Positions 1-7,319 of a stretch of DNA of 16,029 bases are shown one piece after another. Position 1 is the stretch's first letter; every line of letters begins with the position of its first letter. The translations under genes were made by a program, and so were the position numbers. The notes under the pieces are model-generated. The model did not search any database. It was not told where the DNA came from and saw only the letters and a program-made list of their open reading frames with translations. The DNA comes from a virus, in UHGV virus genome UHGV-0264118. One strand, 5' to 3'.

Positions 1-107
1 TGGTACGAGCGCTGAACAAAATGACGAAAGCAGGTATGCCTGAAAGCGTGCGTATTGCCTGAAAACACAACCCGCTACGGGGGAGACTTACCCGAAATCT
101 GATTTAT

Positions 108-290
108 TCAACAAAGCCCCAGCGTTCCTACAAAACGGGAATTTCGGTCAATCATCCAGTAGCGACCAACTTTTATAGCGGGTGGGGCCATCATTTTCCC
201 TTGCGCGTATTTTTTCAGAACTCGCTCACTTGGTGCTAAGTCCCCAAATTCTTCTTTAGCCCAGTCCTGTAAAGTGATTAGTCGAGACAT
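108..290 (-). CDS. xis: Excisionase, lambda Xis-like
   Basis: 60-aa ORF. Motif ITLQDW...APPAIKVGRYW parallels lambda Xis LTLQEW...PPPVKDGREY. A strong Shine-Dalgarno (AGGAGGACAAATG on the minus strand) precedes the start. Lies at the left end of the early-left operon, where xis sits next to int. Confidence 0.6.
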   Translation of the reverse strand: MSRLITLQDWAKEEFGDLAPSERVLKKYAQGKMMAPPAIKVGRYWMIDRNSRFVGTLGLC

Positions 291-429
291 TTGTCCTCCT
301 CTTAGCTGCTGAGGGAGTTTGTGACCGATATATCTGACATGATATTAAGCTCATGGCAGGTACATCTCTTGACTGGTCATAGAGATAAATTTAATGCTGA
401 GAAATGCAGTATTGAATTTATCAATTTTT

Positions 430-669
430 CTATTTCCTGCGTATGGCACGTAACTTCTTAATGTGTTCTGCCGTTTCGATCTCTTCTGCTATCCGATCTG
501 CATCAGCTTTATTCACAGGTTCAAAGTCATGATTAAAGCGGAACATGCTGGCGATACATGTTCTGCCTTTTCGGATGTAGTGAACTTTGTTGTGGGTAGA
601 ACGCAGGATTTTGCAGGGAGTGCCGTGGTGGTCGACGTACCAGGTGTTAGGAAAAATGATTCTGAACAT
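430..669 (-). CDS. Hypothetical early-left-operon protein (79 aa)
   Basis: ORF with a GAGGTG Shine-Dalgarno about 7 nt upstream of the ATG on the minus strand. Same orientation as the neighbouring early genes. No family recognised. Confidence 0.45.
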   Translation of the reverse strand: MFRIIFPNTWYVDHHGTPCKILRSTHNKVHYIRKGRTCIASMFRFNHDFEPVNKADADRIAEEIETAEHIKKLRAIRRK

Positions 670-716
670 TTTTACACCTCAGTTGGACGATGTTGAAATT
701 TGCTGCTTTGAGGCCA

Positions 717-935
717 TCACAATCCCCATTGTTTGTTCTTAAGTTCGATCTCCTCCTGGCAACTTGCACAAGTCCGACAACCCTGAACGGCCAGGCGTCT
801 TCGTTCATCTATGGGATCGCCACACTTACAACAATGAGTGGCAGATATAGCCTGGTGGTTCAGACGACGCATTTTTATTGCTGTATTGCGCTGTAATTCT
901 TCGATTTCTGATGCTGAATCAATGATGTCTGCCAT
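717..935 (-). CDS. TraR/DksA-family C4 zinc-finger protein (lambda orf73-like)
   Basis: 72-aa ORF with paired Cys motifs (CCKCGD ... CRTCASC) in the TraR/DksA arrangement. Sits in the lambda ea/orf region between xis and exo. Confidence 0.65.
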   Translation of the reverse strand: MADIIDSASEIEELQRNTAIKMRRLNHQAISATHCCKCGDPIDERRRLAVQGCRTCASCQEEIELKNKQWGL

Positions 936-1033
936 CTTCCATTAATCCCTGAATTGTTGGTTAATACGCTTGAGGGTGAATGCGAATAATAAAAAAGGAG
1001 CCTGTAGCTCCCTGATGATTTTGCTTTTCATGT

Positions 1034-1249
1034 TCATCGCTCCTTAAAGAAGCCGTTTAACATGCCGATCGCCAGGCTTAAATGAGTCGGTGTGAATCCC
1101 ATCAGCGTTACCGTTTCGCGGTGCTTCTTCAGTACGCTACGGCAAATGTCATCGACGTTTTTATCCGGAAACTGCTGTCTGGCTTTTTTGATTTCAGAAT
1201 TAGCCTGACGGGCAATGCTGCGAAGGGCGTTTTCCTGCTGAGGTGTCAT
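1034..1249 (-). CDS. Small early-left protein, lambda orf61-like
   Basis: Predicted ORF 1034..1315. The ATG at 1249 (MTPQQENALRS...) is the likely true start. The upstream in-frame ATG at 1315 lies only 11 nt after the stop of the preceding gene and has no Shine-Dalgarno. Start is uncertain. Confidence 0.45.
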   Translation of the reverse strand: MTPQQENALRSIARQANSEIKKARQQFPDKNVDDICRSVLKKHRETVTLMGFTPTHLSLAIGMLNGFFKER

Positions 1250-1325
1250 TGAACAAGTCCCATGTCGGCAAGCATAAGCACACAGAATATGAAGCCCGCT
1301 GCCAGAAAAATGCATTCAGTGGTTG

Positions 1326-1517
1326 TCATACCTGGTCTCTCTCATCTGCTTCTGCTTTCGCCACCATCATTTCCAGCTTTTGTGAAAGGGATGCGGCTAA
1401 CGTATGAAATTCTTCGTCTGTTTCTACTGGTATTGGCACAAACCTGACTCCAATTTGAGCGAGGCTATGTGCCATCTCGATACTCGTTCTTAACTCAACG
1501 GGAGATGCTTTATGCAT
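1326..1517 (-). CDS. Small early-left protein, lambda orf63-like
   Basis: 63-aa ORF ([23 protein letters not shown]...), near-identical by recollection to lambda orf63. Overlaps the 3' end of the next ORF as in lambda. Confidence 0.6.
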   Translation of the reverse strand: MHKASPVELRTSIEMAHSLAQIGVRFVPIPVETDEEFHTLAASLSQKLEMMVAKAEADERDQV

Positions 1518-1678
1518 ACAGCCCCCCGTTTATTATTTATCTTCTCAGCCAGCCGCTGTGCTTTCAGTGGATTTCTGATAACAGAAAGGCCGGGAAATAC
1601 CCAGCCTCGCTTTGTAATGGAGTAGACGAAAGTGATCGCGCCTACCCGGATATTATCGTGAGGATGCGTCATCGCCAT
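1490..1678 (-). CDS. Small early-left protein, lambda orf60a-like
   Basis: 62-aa ORF (..[18 protein letters not shown]..) matching recollection of lambda orf60a. Its 5' end overlaps the exo stop by 10 nt. Start may be the ATG at 1672. Confidence 0.6.
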   Translation of the reverse strand: MAMTHPHDNIRVGAITFVYSITKRGWVFPGLSVIRNPLKAQRLAEKINNKRGAVCIKHLPLS

Positions 1679-2349
1679 TGCTCCCCAAATACAAAACCAA
1701 TTTCAGCCAGTGCCTCGTCCATTTTTTCGATGAACTCCGGCACCATCTCGTCAAAACTCGCTATGTACTTTTCATCCCGCTCAATCACGACATAATGCAG
1801 GCCTTCACGCTTCATGCGCGGGTCATAGTTGGCAAAGTACCAGGCATCTTTTCGCGTCACCCACATGCTGTACTGCACCTGGGCCATGTAAGCCGATTTT
1901 ATTGCCTCAAAACCACCGAGCCGGAATTTCATGAAATCCCGGGAGGTAAACGGGCATTTCAGTTCAAGGCCGTTGCCGTCACTGCATAAACCATCTGGAG
2001 AGCAGGCGGTGCGCATACTTTCGTCGCGATAGATGATCGGGGATTCAGTAACATTCACGCCGGAAGTGAATTCAAACAGGGTTCTGGCGTCGTTCTCGTA
2101 CTGTTTTCCCCAGGCCAGCGCCTTAGCATTAACTTCCGGAGCCACACCGGTGCAAACCTCAGCCAGCAGGGTGTGGAAGTAGGACATTTTCATGTCAGGC
2201 CACTTCTTTCCTGAGCGGGGCTTTGCTATCACGTTGTGAACTTCTGAAGCGGTGATGACGCCGAGCCGTAATTTGTGCCATGCATCATCCCCCTGTTCGA
2301 CAGCTCTCACGTCGATCCCGGTACGCTGCAGGATAATGTCCGGTGTCAT
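1669..2349 (-). CDS. exo: Lambda-type 5'-3' exonuclease (Red-alpha)
   Basis: 226-aa translation ([65 protein letters not shown]...GEQWR) is essentially lambda Exo over its full length. Its start overlaps the bet stop (ATGA). Confidence 0.95.
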   Translation of the reverse strand: MTPDIILQRTGIDVRAVEQGDDAWHKLRLGVITASEVHNVIAKPRSGKKWPDMKMSYFHTLLAEVCTGVAPEVNAKALAWGKQYENDARTLFEFTSGVNVTESPIIYRDESMRTACSPDGLCSDGNGLELKCPFTSRDFMKFRLGGFEAIKSAYMAQVQYSMWVTRKDAWYFANYDPRMKREGLHYVVIERDEKYIASFDEMVPEFIEKMDEALAEIGFVFGEQWR

Positions 2350-3131
2350 GCTGCCACCTTCTGCTCAGTGGCTTTCTGTTTCAGGAATCCAAGAGCTTTC
2401 ACTGCTTCGGCCTGTGTCAGTTCTGACGATGCGCGAATGTCGCGGCGAAATATCTGGGAACAGAGCGGCAATAAGTCGTCATCCCATGTTTTATCCAGGG
2501 CGATCAGCAGAGTGTTAATCTCCTGCATGGTTTCATCGTTAACCGGAGTGATGTCGCGTTCCGGCTGACGTTCTGCAGTGTATGCAGTATTTTCGACAAT
2601 GCGCTCGGCTTCATCCTTGTCATAGATACCAGCAAATCCGAAGGCCAGACGGGCACACTGAATCATGGCTTTATGCCGTAACATCCGTTTGGGATGCGAC
2701 TGCCACGGTCCGGTGATTTCTCTGCCTTCGCGGGTTTTGAATGGTTCGCGGCGGCATTCATCCATCCACTCGGTAACGCAGATCGGATGATTACGGTCCT
2801 TGCGGTAAATCCGGCATGTACAGGATTCATTGTCCTGCTCAAAGTCCATGCCATCAAACTGCTGGTTTTCATTGATGATGCGGGACCAGCCATCAACGCC
2901 CACCACCGGAACGATGCCGTTCTGCTTATCAGGGAAGGCGTAAATTTCTTTCGTCCACGGATTAAGGCCGTACTGGTTGGCGACGATCAACAATGCGATG
3001 AACTGCGCATCGCTGGCATCACCTTTAAATGCCGTCTGGCGAAGAGTGGTGATCAGTTCCTGTGGGTCGACAGAATCCATGCCGACACGTTCAGCCAGCT
3101 TCCCTGCCAGCGTTGCGAGTGCTGTACTCAT
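2346..3131 (-). CDS. bet: Red-beta single-strand annealing protein
   Basis: 261-aa translation ([82 protein letters not shown]...) matches lambda Bet. A GAGGT Shine-Dalgarno lies upstream. Confidence 0.95.
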   Translation of the reverse strand: MSTALATLAGKLAERVGMDSVDPQELITTLRQTAFKGDASDAQFIALLIVANQYGLNPWTKEIYAFPDKQNGIVPVVGVDGWSRIINENQQFDGMDFEQDNESCTCRIYRKDRNHPICVTEWMDECRREPFKTREGREITGPWQSHPKRMLRHKAMIQCARLAFGFAGIYDKDEAERIVENTAYTAERQPERDITPVNDETMQEINTLLIALDKTWDDDLLPLCSQIFRRDIRASSELTQAEAVKALGFLKQKATEQKVAA

Positions 3132-3136
3132 CCGTT

Positions 3137-3433
3137 TTATACCTCTGAATCAATATCAACCTGGTGGTGGGCAATAGTTTCAACCATGTACCGGATGTGT
3201 TCTGCCATGCGTTCCTGAAACTCAACATCGTCATCAAACGCACGGGTAATGGCTTTTTTGCTGGCCCCGTGGCGTTGCAAATGATCGATGCATAGCGATT
3301 CAAACAGGTGCTGAGGCAGGCCTTTTTCCATGTCGTCTGCCAGTTCTGCCTCTTTCTCTTCACGGGCGATCTGCTGGTAGTGACGCGCCCAGCTCTGAGC
3401 CTCAAGACGATCCTGAATGTAATAAGCGTTCAT
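3137..3433 (-). CDS. gam: Gam (RecBCD inhibitor), short 98-aa form
   Basis: Translation [60 protein letters not shown]... matches lambda GamS. A good Shine-Dalgarno (CAGGAGTTCAGCCATG) precedes the start. Confidence 0.9.
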   Translation of the reverse strand: MNAYYIQDRLEAQSWARHYQQIAREEKEAELADDMEKGLPQHLFESLCIDHLQRHGASKKAITRAFDDDVEFQERMAEHIRYMVETIAHHQVDIDSEV

Positions 3434-3508
3434 GGCTGAACTCCTGAAAATGGCTGTGAAAATATCGCCCGCGAAATGCCAGGCTGATTAGGAAAACAGG
3501 AAAGGGGA

Positions 3509-3799
3509 TTAGTGATTCAGGCCGTTACCGCGTCCGTCGAGAAAAACTTCCACGAGCAAATCACGGGTATAAGTGCGCTCGATGCCGCGATGCAGATATA
3601 GCCGTCCGCGTAAATTAGCTGATGCAGTCCAGGTACCATCTTTGTGTTTGACCAGCATTCCTGGCATGACCGCACCTCGATTAACGGTCTGCGTTCCGTA
3701 ATGTTGATGAACCATAAAAACTCCTGCCCGTAAGCTGGGCTGCTGAACATATAGAGACTTCTGCGCGTATTCAGGCGGTGGATGGCCGCCGGTTGTCAT
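3509..3799 (-). CDS. Hypothetical protein in the kil/cIII position
   Basis: Predicted 136-aa ORF (3509..3919) begins at a TTG. The first ATG ([11 protein letters not shown]...) at 3799 gives 96 aa with a weak GAGG upstream. GC-rich, no hydrophobic segment, no cIII-like motif. Family not recognised. Confidence 0.35.
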   Translation of the reverse strand: MTTGGHPPPEYAQKSLYVQQPSLRAGVFMVHQHYGTQTVNRGAVMPGMLVKHKDGTWTASANLRGRLYLHRGIERTYTRDLLVEVFLDGRGNGLNH

Positions 3800-4273
3800 A
3801 ACTAAGCCGCCTCGTTGAAGCGACTGAGGTATGAGGTGTTGAGTTGATTTCAGCTGGTCACACCGACGTTCACACGTCCGTTTCACCCCTCGCACTCCCC
3901 GTAGCCTGCTGAAATTCAAGCTGCAGATCTAAGCGGTCATCGCAACGGTGAAGCGGTAAATCAGAAGATTGCCGCATTCCTGTGCCGTTGTGATGGATTT
4001 ATAATACCTATTGCTATTAATCATATCAATACGTATGGGTATCAATCGATAGCATTTGTTGTTATGCTGTTGATACTGAAAAGAATTTAATGTTGAGGTT
4101 TTTTGTGACATTCGACTCAAAATGGATTTTGCAATTAAATAACCAATTGATAACAATGAAAACATCACGGAGAACTAGATAGGCCAAATTACTTGCCACG
4201 AAGATAGTTGTAAGCGTTGATAACAATGGTATTGAGGAGGGATACCCCCGACAATTGCGTCAGGGGGGAGGGA

Positions 4274-4654
4274 TTATTGGGCTTTAATGTAATTTTTCAA
4301 CTTTGCAGTTTGCTCTACAGCGCTAGGAATGCATCCAAACATATTTGCGCATGAGGTTTGAACAACAATTTCGTTCTTATCGTTTCCTAAAGGTGTTTTT
4401 ACAACCTGATATCCAAGCACGGCACTATTTCCAATAGGAGTGTATGTGGAAATTACCGTTTCATCTGCCATCTGAATTTTCCAACCAGAATTCATTGCTA
4501 TCCAAGCTTTGGCTCTCGACCAATATGTATCGCATTGCTCTTTACCTTGACAGTAAACTGGTTGTTGAGCTTGTGCGGCAATTTGGGGATCTATTTTCTG
4601 AGCACATCCAGAGATGCTAATCAGAATAGCTGCTGTAACGAATAGTTTTCTCAT
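4274..4654 (-). CDS. Lipoprotein, likely lysogen-expressed moron in the rexAB position
   Basis: ORF MSMRKLFVTAAILISISGC|AQ... has an N-terminal signal peptide and lipobox (ISGC). The ATG at 4654 has an AAGGAA Shine-Dalgarno 6-7 nt upstream. Lies 48 nt downstream of, and co-oriented with, the repressor gene. AT-rich relative to neighbours. Confidence 0.6.
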   Translation of the reverse strand: MRKLFVTAAILISISGCAQKIDPQIAAQAQQPVYCQGKEQCDTYWSRAKAWIAMNSGWKIQMADETVISTYTPIGNSAVLGYQVVKTPLGNDKNEIVVQTSCANMFGCIPSAVEQTAKLKNYIKAQ

Positions 4655-4702
4655 TGACATTTCCTTTGTTTTGAATATACAACAAATAAATTGGCAAAAA
4701 AA

Positions 4703-5395
4703 TTATCCGTGTTTTCTATATGTCTGCGGCATGCTTCCAATGACTTTACCGAAGATGAACACCCGGTTCATCTCGTCTTTCTCGATCGGGTCCCACGGTG
4801 AGTAGCTCTTGTTATCAGAGATAACCAGCAGCTTATCCTTCATCATTTGCAGGCGCTTTACATGGGCTGTGTCGTCGTACAGAAACGCATAGATACCATC
4901 ACCGTCGAAAGATTTAACAGTGATATCAACGAACAAAAGATCACCTGGTTCGATCGTTCCTGACATGCTGTCACCGCGTACGTTAATGATGCGGATATTT
5001 TCTGCCTTCCTGCCATCGAACATGTGACGAGCATCGTCAAACGAGTACTCAACCGAGCGTAGAACTTCTACAAACTCACGATTGATGACACCCGGCCCGG
5101 CACTGACTTCTATATCAAGAACGTCAATCTTGAAGTATTTGGAATGGCTGACAGCAGGCTTCCCTGATTGTTGACCGTCATTTCTCATCGGGCCTATGCC
5201 TGATGAGAGCCACTCTGTTCGAACACCCAATGCATTAGCTATTTCAACAATTTTTGTTGAGCCGCGCGCGTTGCCGCTTGTCAGTCTCCAGATTGTGGGT
5301 TGAGCTACGCCAGACGCCTTTGCAAGAGCGCCTTGAGACATTCCAGATTGTTCCATCGCTAGGTTTAAGCGATCAGCAAGAGTTTCTTTTTTCAT
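4703..5395 (-). CDS. cI: CI-type prophage repressor (XRE-family HTH plus S24 LexA-like autopeptidase domain)
   Basis: HTH segment MSQGALAKASGVAQPTIWRLTSG. Ala-Gly cleavage site (EVSAGPG). S24 catalytic motifs GDSM and VKRL. The ATG at 5395 (MKKETLADRL) has no Shine-Dalgarno, consistent with a leaderless PRM-type transcript. The predicted TTG start at 5431 is less likely. Confidence 0.85.
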   Translation of the reverse strand: MKKETLADRLNLAMEQSGMSQGALAKASGVAQPTIWRLTSGNARGSTKIVEIANALGVRTEWLSSGIGPMRNDGQQSGKPAVSHSKYFKIDVLDIEVSAGPGVINREFVEVLRSVEYSFDDARHMFDGRKAENIRIINVRGDSMSGTIEPGDLLFVDITVKSFDGDGIYAFLYDDTAHVKRLQMMKDKLLVISDNKSYSPWDPIEKDEMNRVFIFGKVIGSMPQTYRKHG

Positions 5396-5505
5396 AAGTT
5401 TTAATTTATACGCTTGCGTATTGATGGTCAAAACACGTTTTGCTATTGATTGGGTTAATACGCATTGCTATTATCTATTCATTGCAATACCAATAGGAAT
5501 TGATA
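5396..5505. promoter_or_regulatory. Divergent repressor/cro promoter-operator region (PRM/PR-like)
   Basis: Intergenic region between divergent cI and cro. Near-palindrome ATACGC-TT-GCGTAT at 5408-5421 and related ATACGCATTGCTAT at 5457-5470. Candidate PR: TTGATT (5446-5451), 17-nt spacer, TATTAT (5469-5474). Candidate PRM on the minus strand: TTGACC then about 16 nt then ATAAAT, ending just upstream of the leaderless ATG. Confidence 0.5.
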
Positions 5506-5733
5506 ATGACAAATCAAACCATTCAACTCGCAATCAGTATTACAGGTAGTCAAAAACGACTGGCAGATCTCTGCGGTGTAGCCCAACCCACGGTTTGGCG
5601 TTGGCTACACGGTGGCGGAATTGATGCCCGCTATGTAATGAAAATTGTCTCAGCCACTGGTGGAAAGATTAAACCAGCAGATATTCGTCCCGACCTCGCA
5701 CCATTGTTTAACGTGAGTAATTCTTCCGCCTAA
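5506..5733 (+). CDS. Cro/YdaS-like small HTH regulator
   Basis: 75-aa ORF from the ATG at 5506 (predicted TTG at 5500). AGGA Shine-Dalgarno 7 nt upstream. HTH segment SQKRLADLCGVAQPTVWRW. Divergent from the repressor. Confidence 0.7.
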   Translation: MTNQTIQLAISITGSQKRLADLCGVAQPTVWRWLHGGGIDARYVMKIVSATGGKIKPADIRPDLAPLFNVSNSSA

Positions 5734-5763
5734 TCTGCGGAGTTAACTGATAAGGCAATTACT

Positions 5764-6303
5764 ATGCAACCAATTACATACCAACAGACTAGCGGATTTA
5801 CCCCGGCTGCGGTGATAAATCGTTCTCAAACAAAACAGGCGCCAGGCCACGAAAAAATCCGTGATGCCGTTCGCGCCTGGTCGGCTGCAGATAATCAGGA
5901 TGTTGTTGCCGCACTCATTGTGAATGAGTATCGGGAGCAGGGCGGCGGCACCATCGATTTCCCTGATGATGTCAGCCGTGCACGCCAGAAGCTGTTCCGC
6001 TTCCTCGATAACAAATTCGATTCTGAAAAATACCGAAATAACGTGCGTGAACTGACCCCGGCAATTCTGGCGGTACTACCGCTGGAATATCGCGGTTACC
6101 TGGTTGAGCAGGATAGCTTCATGGCCAGGTTGGCTGAAATGGAAAAGGAACTCAGTGAGGCAAAACAGGCTGTCATTCTCAACGCACCACGCCACCAGAA
6201 ACTGAAGGAAATTGGTGAAGGTATTGTATCGATGTTTCGTGTGGACCCAGATCTGGCTGGTCCATTGATGGCGATGGTTACTACCATGCTGGGGGCGATA
6301 TGA
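5764..6303 (+). CDS. YdaT-like or CII-like regulatory protein (family assignment tentative)
   Basis: 179-aa ORF directly downstream of the cro-like gene, in the position of cII/ydaT. Motifs EYREQGGG and LTPAILAVLP recall YdaT-family proteins, from recollection only. Confidence 0.5.
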   Translation: MQPITYQQTSGFTPAAVINRSQTKQAPGHEKIRDAVRAWSAADNQDVVAALIVNEYREQGGGTIDFPDDVSRARQKLFRFLDNKFDSEKYRNNVRELTPAILAVLPLEYRGYLVEQDSFMARLAEMEKELSEAKQAVILNAPRHQKLKEIGEGIVSMFRVDPDLAGPLMAMVTTMLGAI

Positions 6304-6389
6304 CAGGTTCAGAAATGGCGAAAGCCGGTCTGCTGGAACAGAACCGACTTTCAGGTGCAAATCGTAACACACTCATTGCGGGAGGAATT

Positions 6390-7319
6390 ATGGCAAACAC
6401 TGCTGAGATATTCAATTTTCCAGTGCCGGATGCGGCACAAAAGGAGCCGCGCGTGGCAGATCTCGATGATGGTTATACGCGCATTGCAAATGAGTTGCTG
6501 GAAGCTGTGATGCTGGCCGGATTAACACAGCACCAGCTTCTGGTCTTCCTGGCTGTCATGCGCAAAACATATGGCTTTAATAAAAAACTGGATTGGGTGA
6601 GCAACGAGCAACTGTCCGGATTGACCGGGATATTACCGCACAAGTGTTCTGCTGCAAAAAGTGTTCTGGTAAAGCGTGGGATTTTGATTCAGAGCGGGCG
6701 GAATATCGGTATTAATAATGTGGTCAGTGAATGGTCAACATTACCCGAATCAGGTAAGAAAAATAAAGTTTACCTGAAAGAGGTAAATTTACCTGAATCA
6801 GGTAAGAAAAGTTTACCCAAATCAGGTAAAGGCGTTTACCCGAATCAGGTAAACACAAAAGACAAACTAACAAAAGACAATATAAAACCTTTTTCGTCCG
6901 AGAATTCTGGCGAATCCTCTGACCAACCAGAAAACGATCTTCCTGTGGTGAAACCAGATGCTGCAATTCAGAGCGGCAGCAAGTGGGGGACAGCAGAAGA
7001 CCTGACCGCCGCAGAGTGGATGTTTGACATGGTGAAGACCATCGCACCATCAGCCAGAAAACCGAATTTTGCAGGGTGGGCTAACGATATCCGCCTGATG
7101 CGTGAACGTGACGGACGTAACCACCGCGACATGTGCGTGCTTTTCCGCTGGGCATGCCAGGACAACTTCTGGTCCGGTAACGTGCTAAGTCCGGCCAAAC
7201 TCCGCGACAAGTGGACCCAACTCGAAATCAACCGTAACAAGCAACAGGCAGGCATGATAGCCAGCAAACCAAAACTCGACCTGACAAACACTGACTGGAT
7301 TTACGGGGTGGATTTATGA
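6390..7319 (+). CDS. O: Replication initiator O (lambda O-like)
   Basis: From the ATG at 6390 (MANTAEIFNFPVP..., GGAGG Shine-Dalgarno 4 nt upstream). The C-terminal ~150 aa (..YSSENSGESSDQPENDLPVVKPDAAIQSGSKWGTAEDLTAAEWMFDMVKTIAPSARKPNFAGWANDIRLMRERDGRNHRDMCVLFRWACQDNFWSGNV..) is essentially lambda O. The N-terminal iteron-binding domain is related but divergent. Confidence 0.9.
   Translation: MANTAEIFNFPVPDAAQKEPRVADLDDGYTRIANELLEAVMLAGLTQHQLLVFLAVMRKTYGFNKKLDWVSNEQLSGLTGILPHKCSAAKSVLVKRGILIQSGRNIGINNVVSEWSTLPESGKKNKVYLKEVNLPESGKKSLPKSGKGVYPNQVNTKDKLTKDNIKPFSSENSGESSDQPENDLPVVKPDAAIQSGSKWGTAEDLTAAEWMFDMVKTIAPSARKPNFAGWANDIRLMRERDGRNHRDMCVLFRWACQDNFWSGNVLSPAKLRDKWTQLEINRNKQQAGMIASKPKLDLTNTDWIYGVDL
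6741..6853. repeat. Replication origin iterons inside the O gene
   Basis: Five copies of about 17 bp with consensus TACC(C/T)GAATCAGGTAA(G/A) at approximately 6742, 6771 (degenerate), 6790, 6814 and 6837. Followed by an A-rich tract at 6854-6890, as in ori-lambda. Confidence 0.75.

Noticed and set aside
463-896. Plus-strand ORFs 463..696 and 690..896
   Set aside because: They lie antisense to better-supported minus-strand genes in a minus-strand operon and have no ribosome-binding sites or recognisable domains. Most likely shadow ORFs.
2252-3218. Plus-strand ORFs overlapping exo and bet (2252..2518, 2275..2568, 2694..3218, 2977..3177) and the minus-strand ORF 2663..2896
   Set aside because: They fall inside the confidently identified exo and bet genes on the opposite strand or in other frames. 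Shadow ORFs.
3929-4168. 79-aa minus-strand ORF in the AT-rich region, considered as a possible N antiterminator
   Set aside because: No arginine-rich motif, and the composition looks like AT-rich non-coding DNA translated by chance. More likely a regulatory region.
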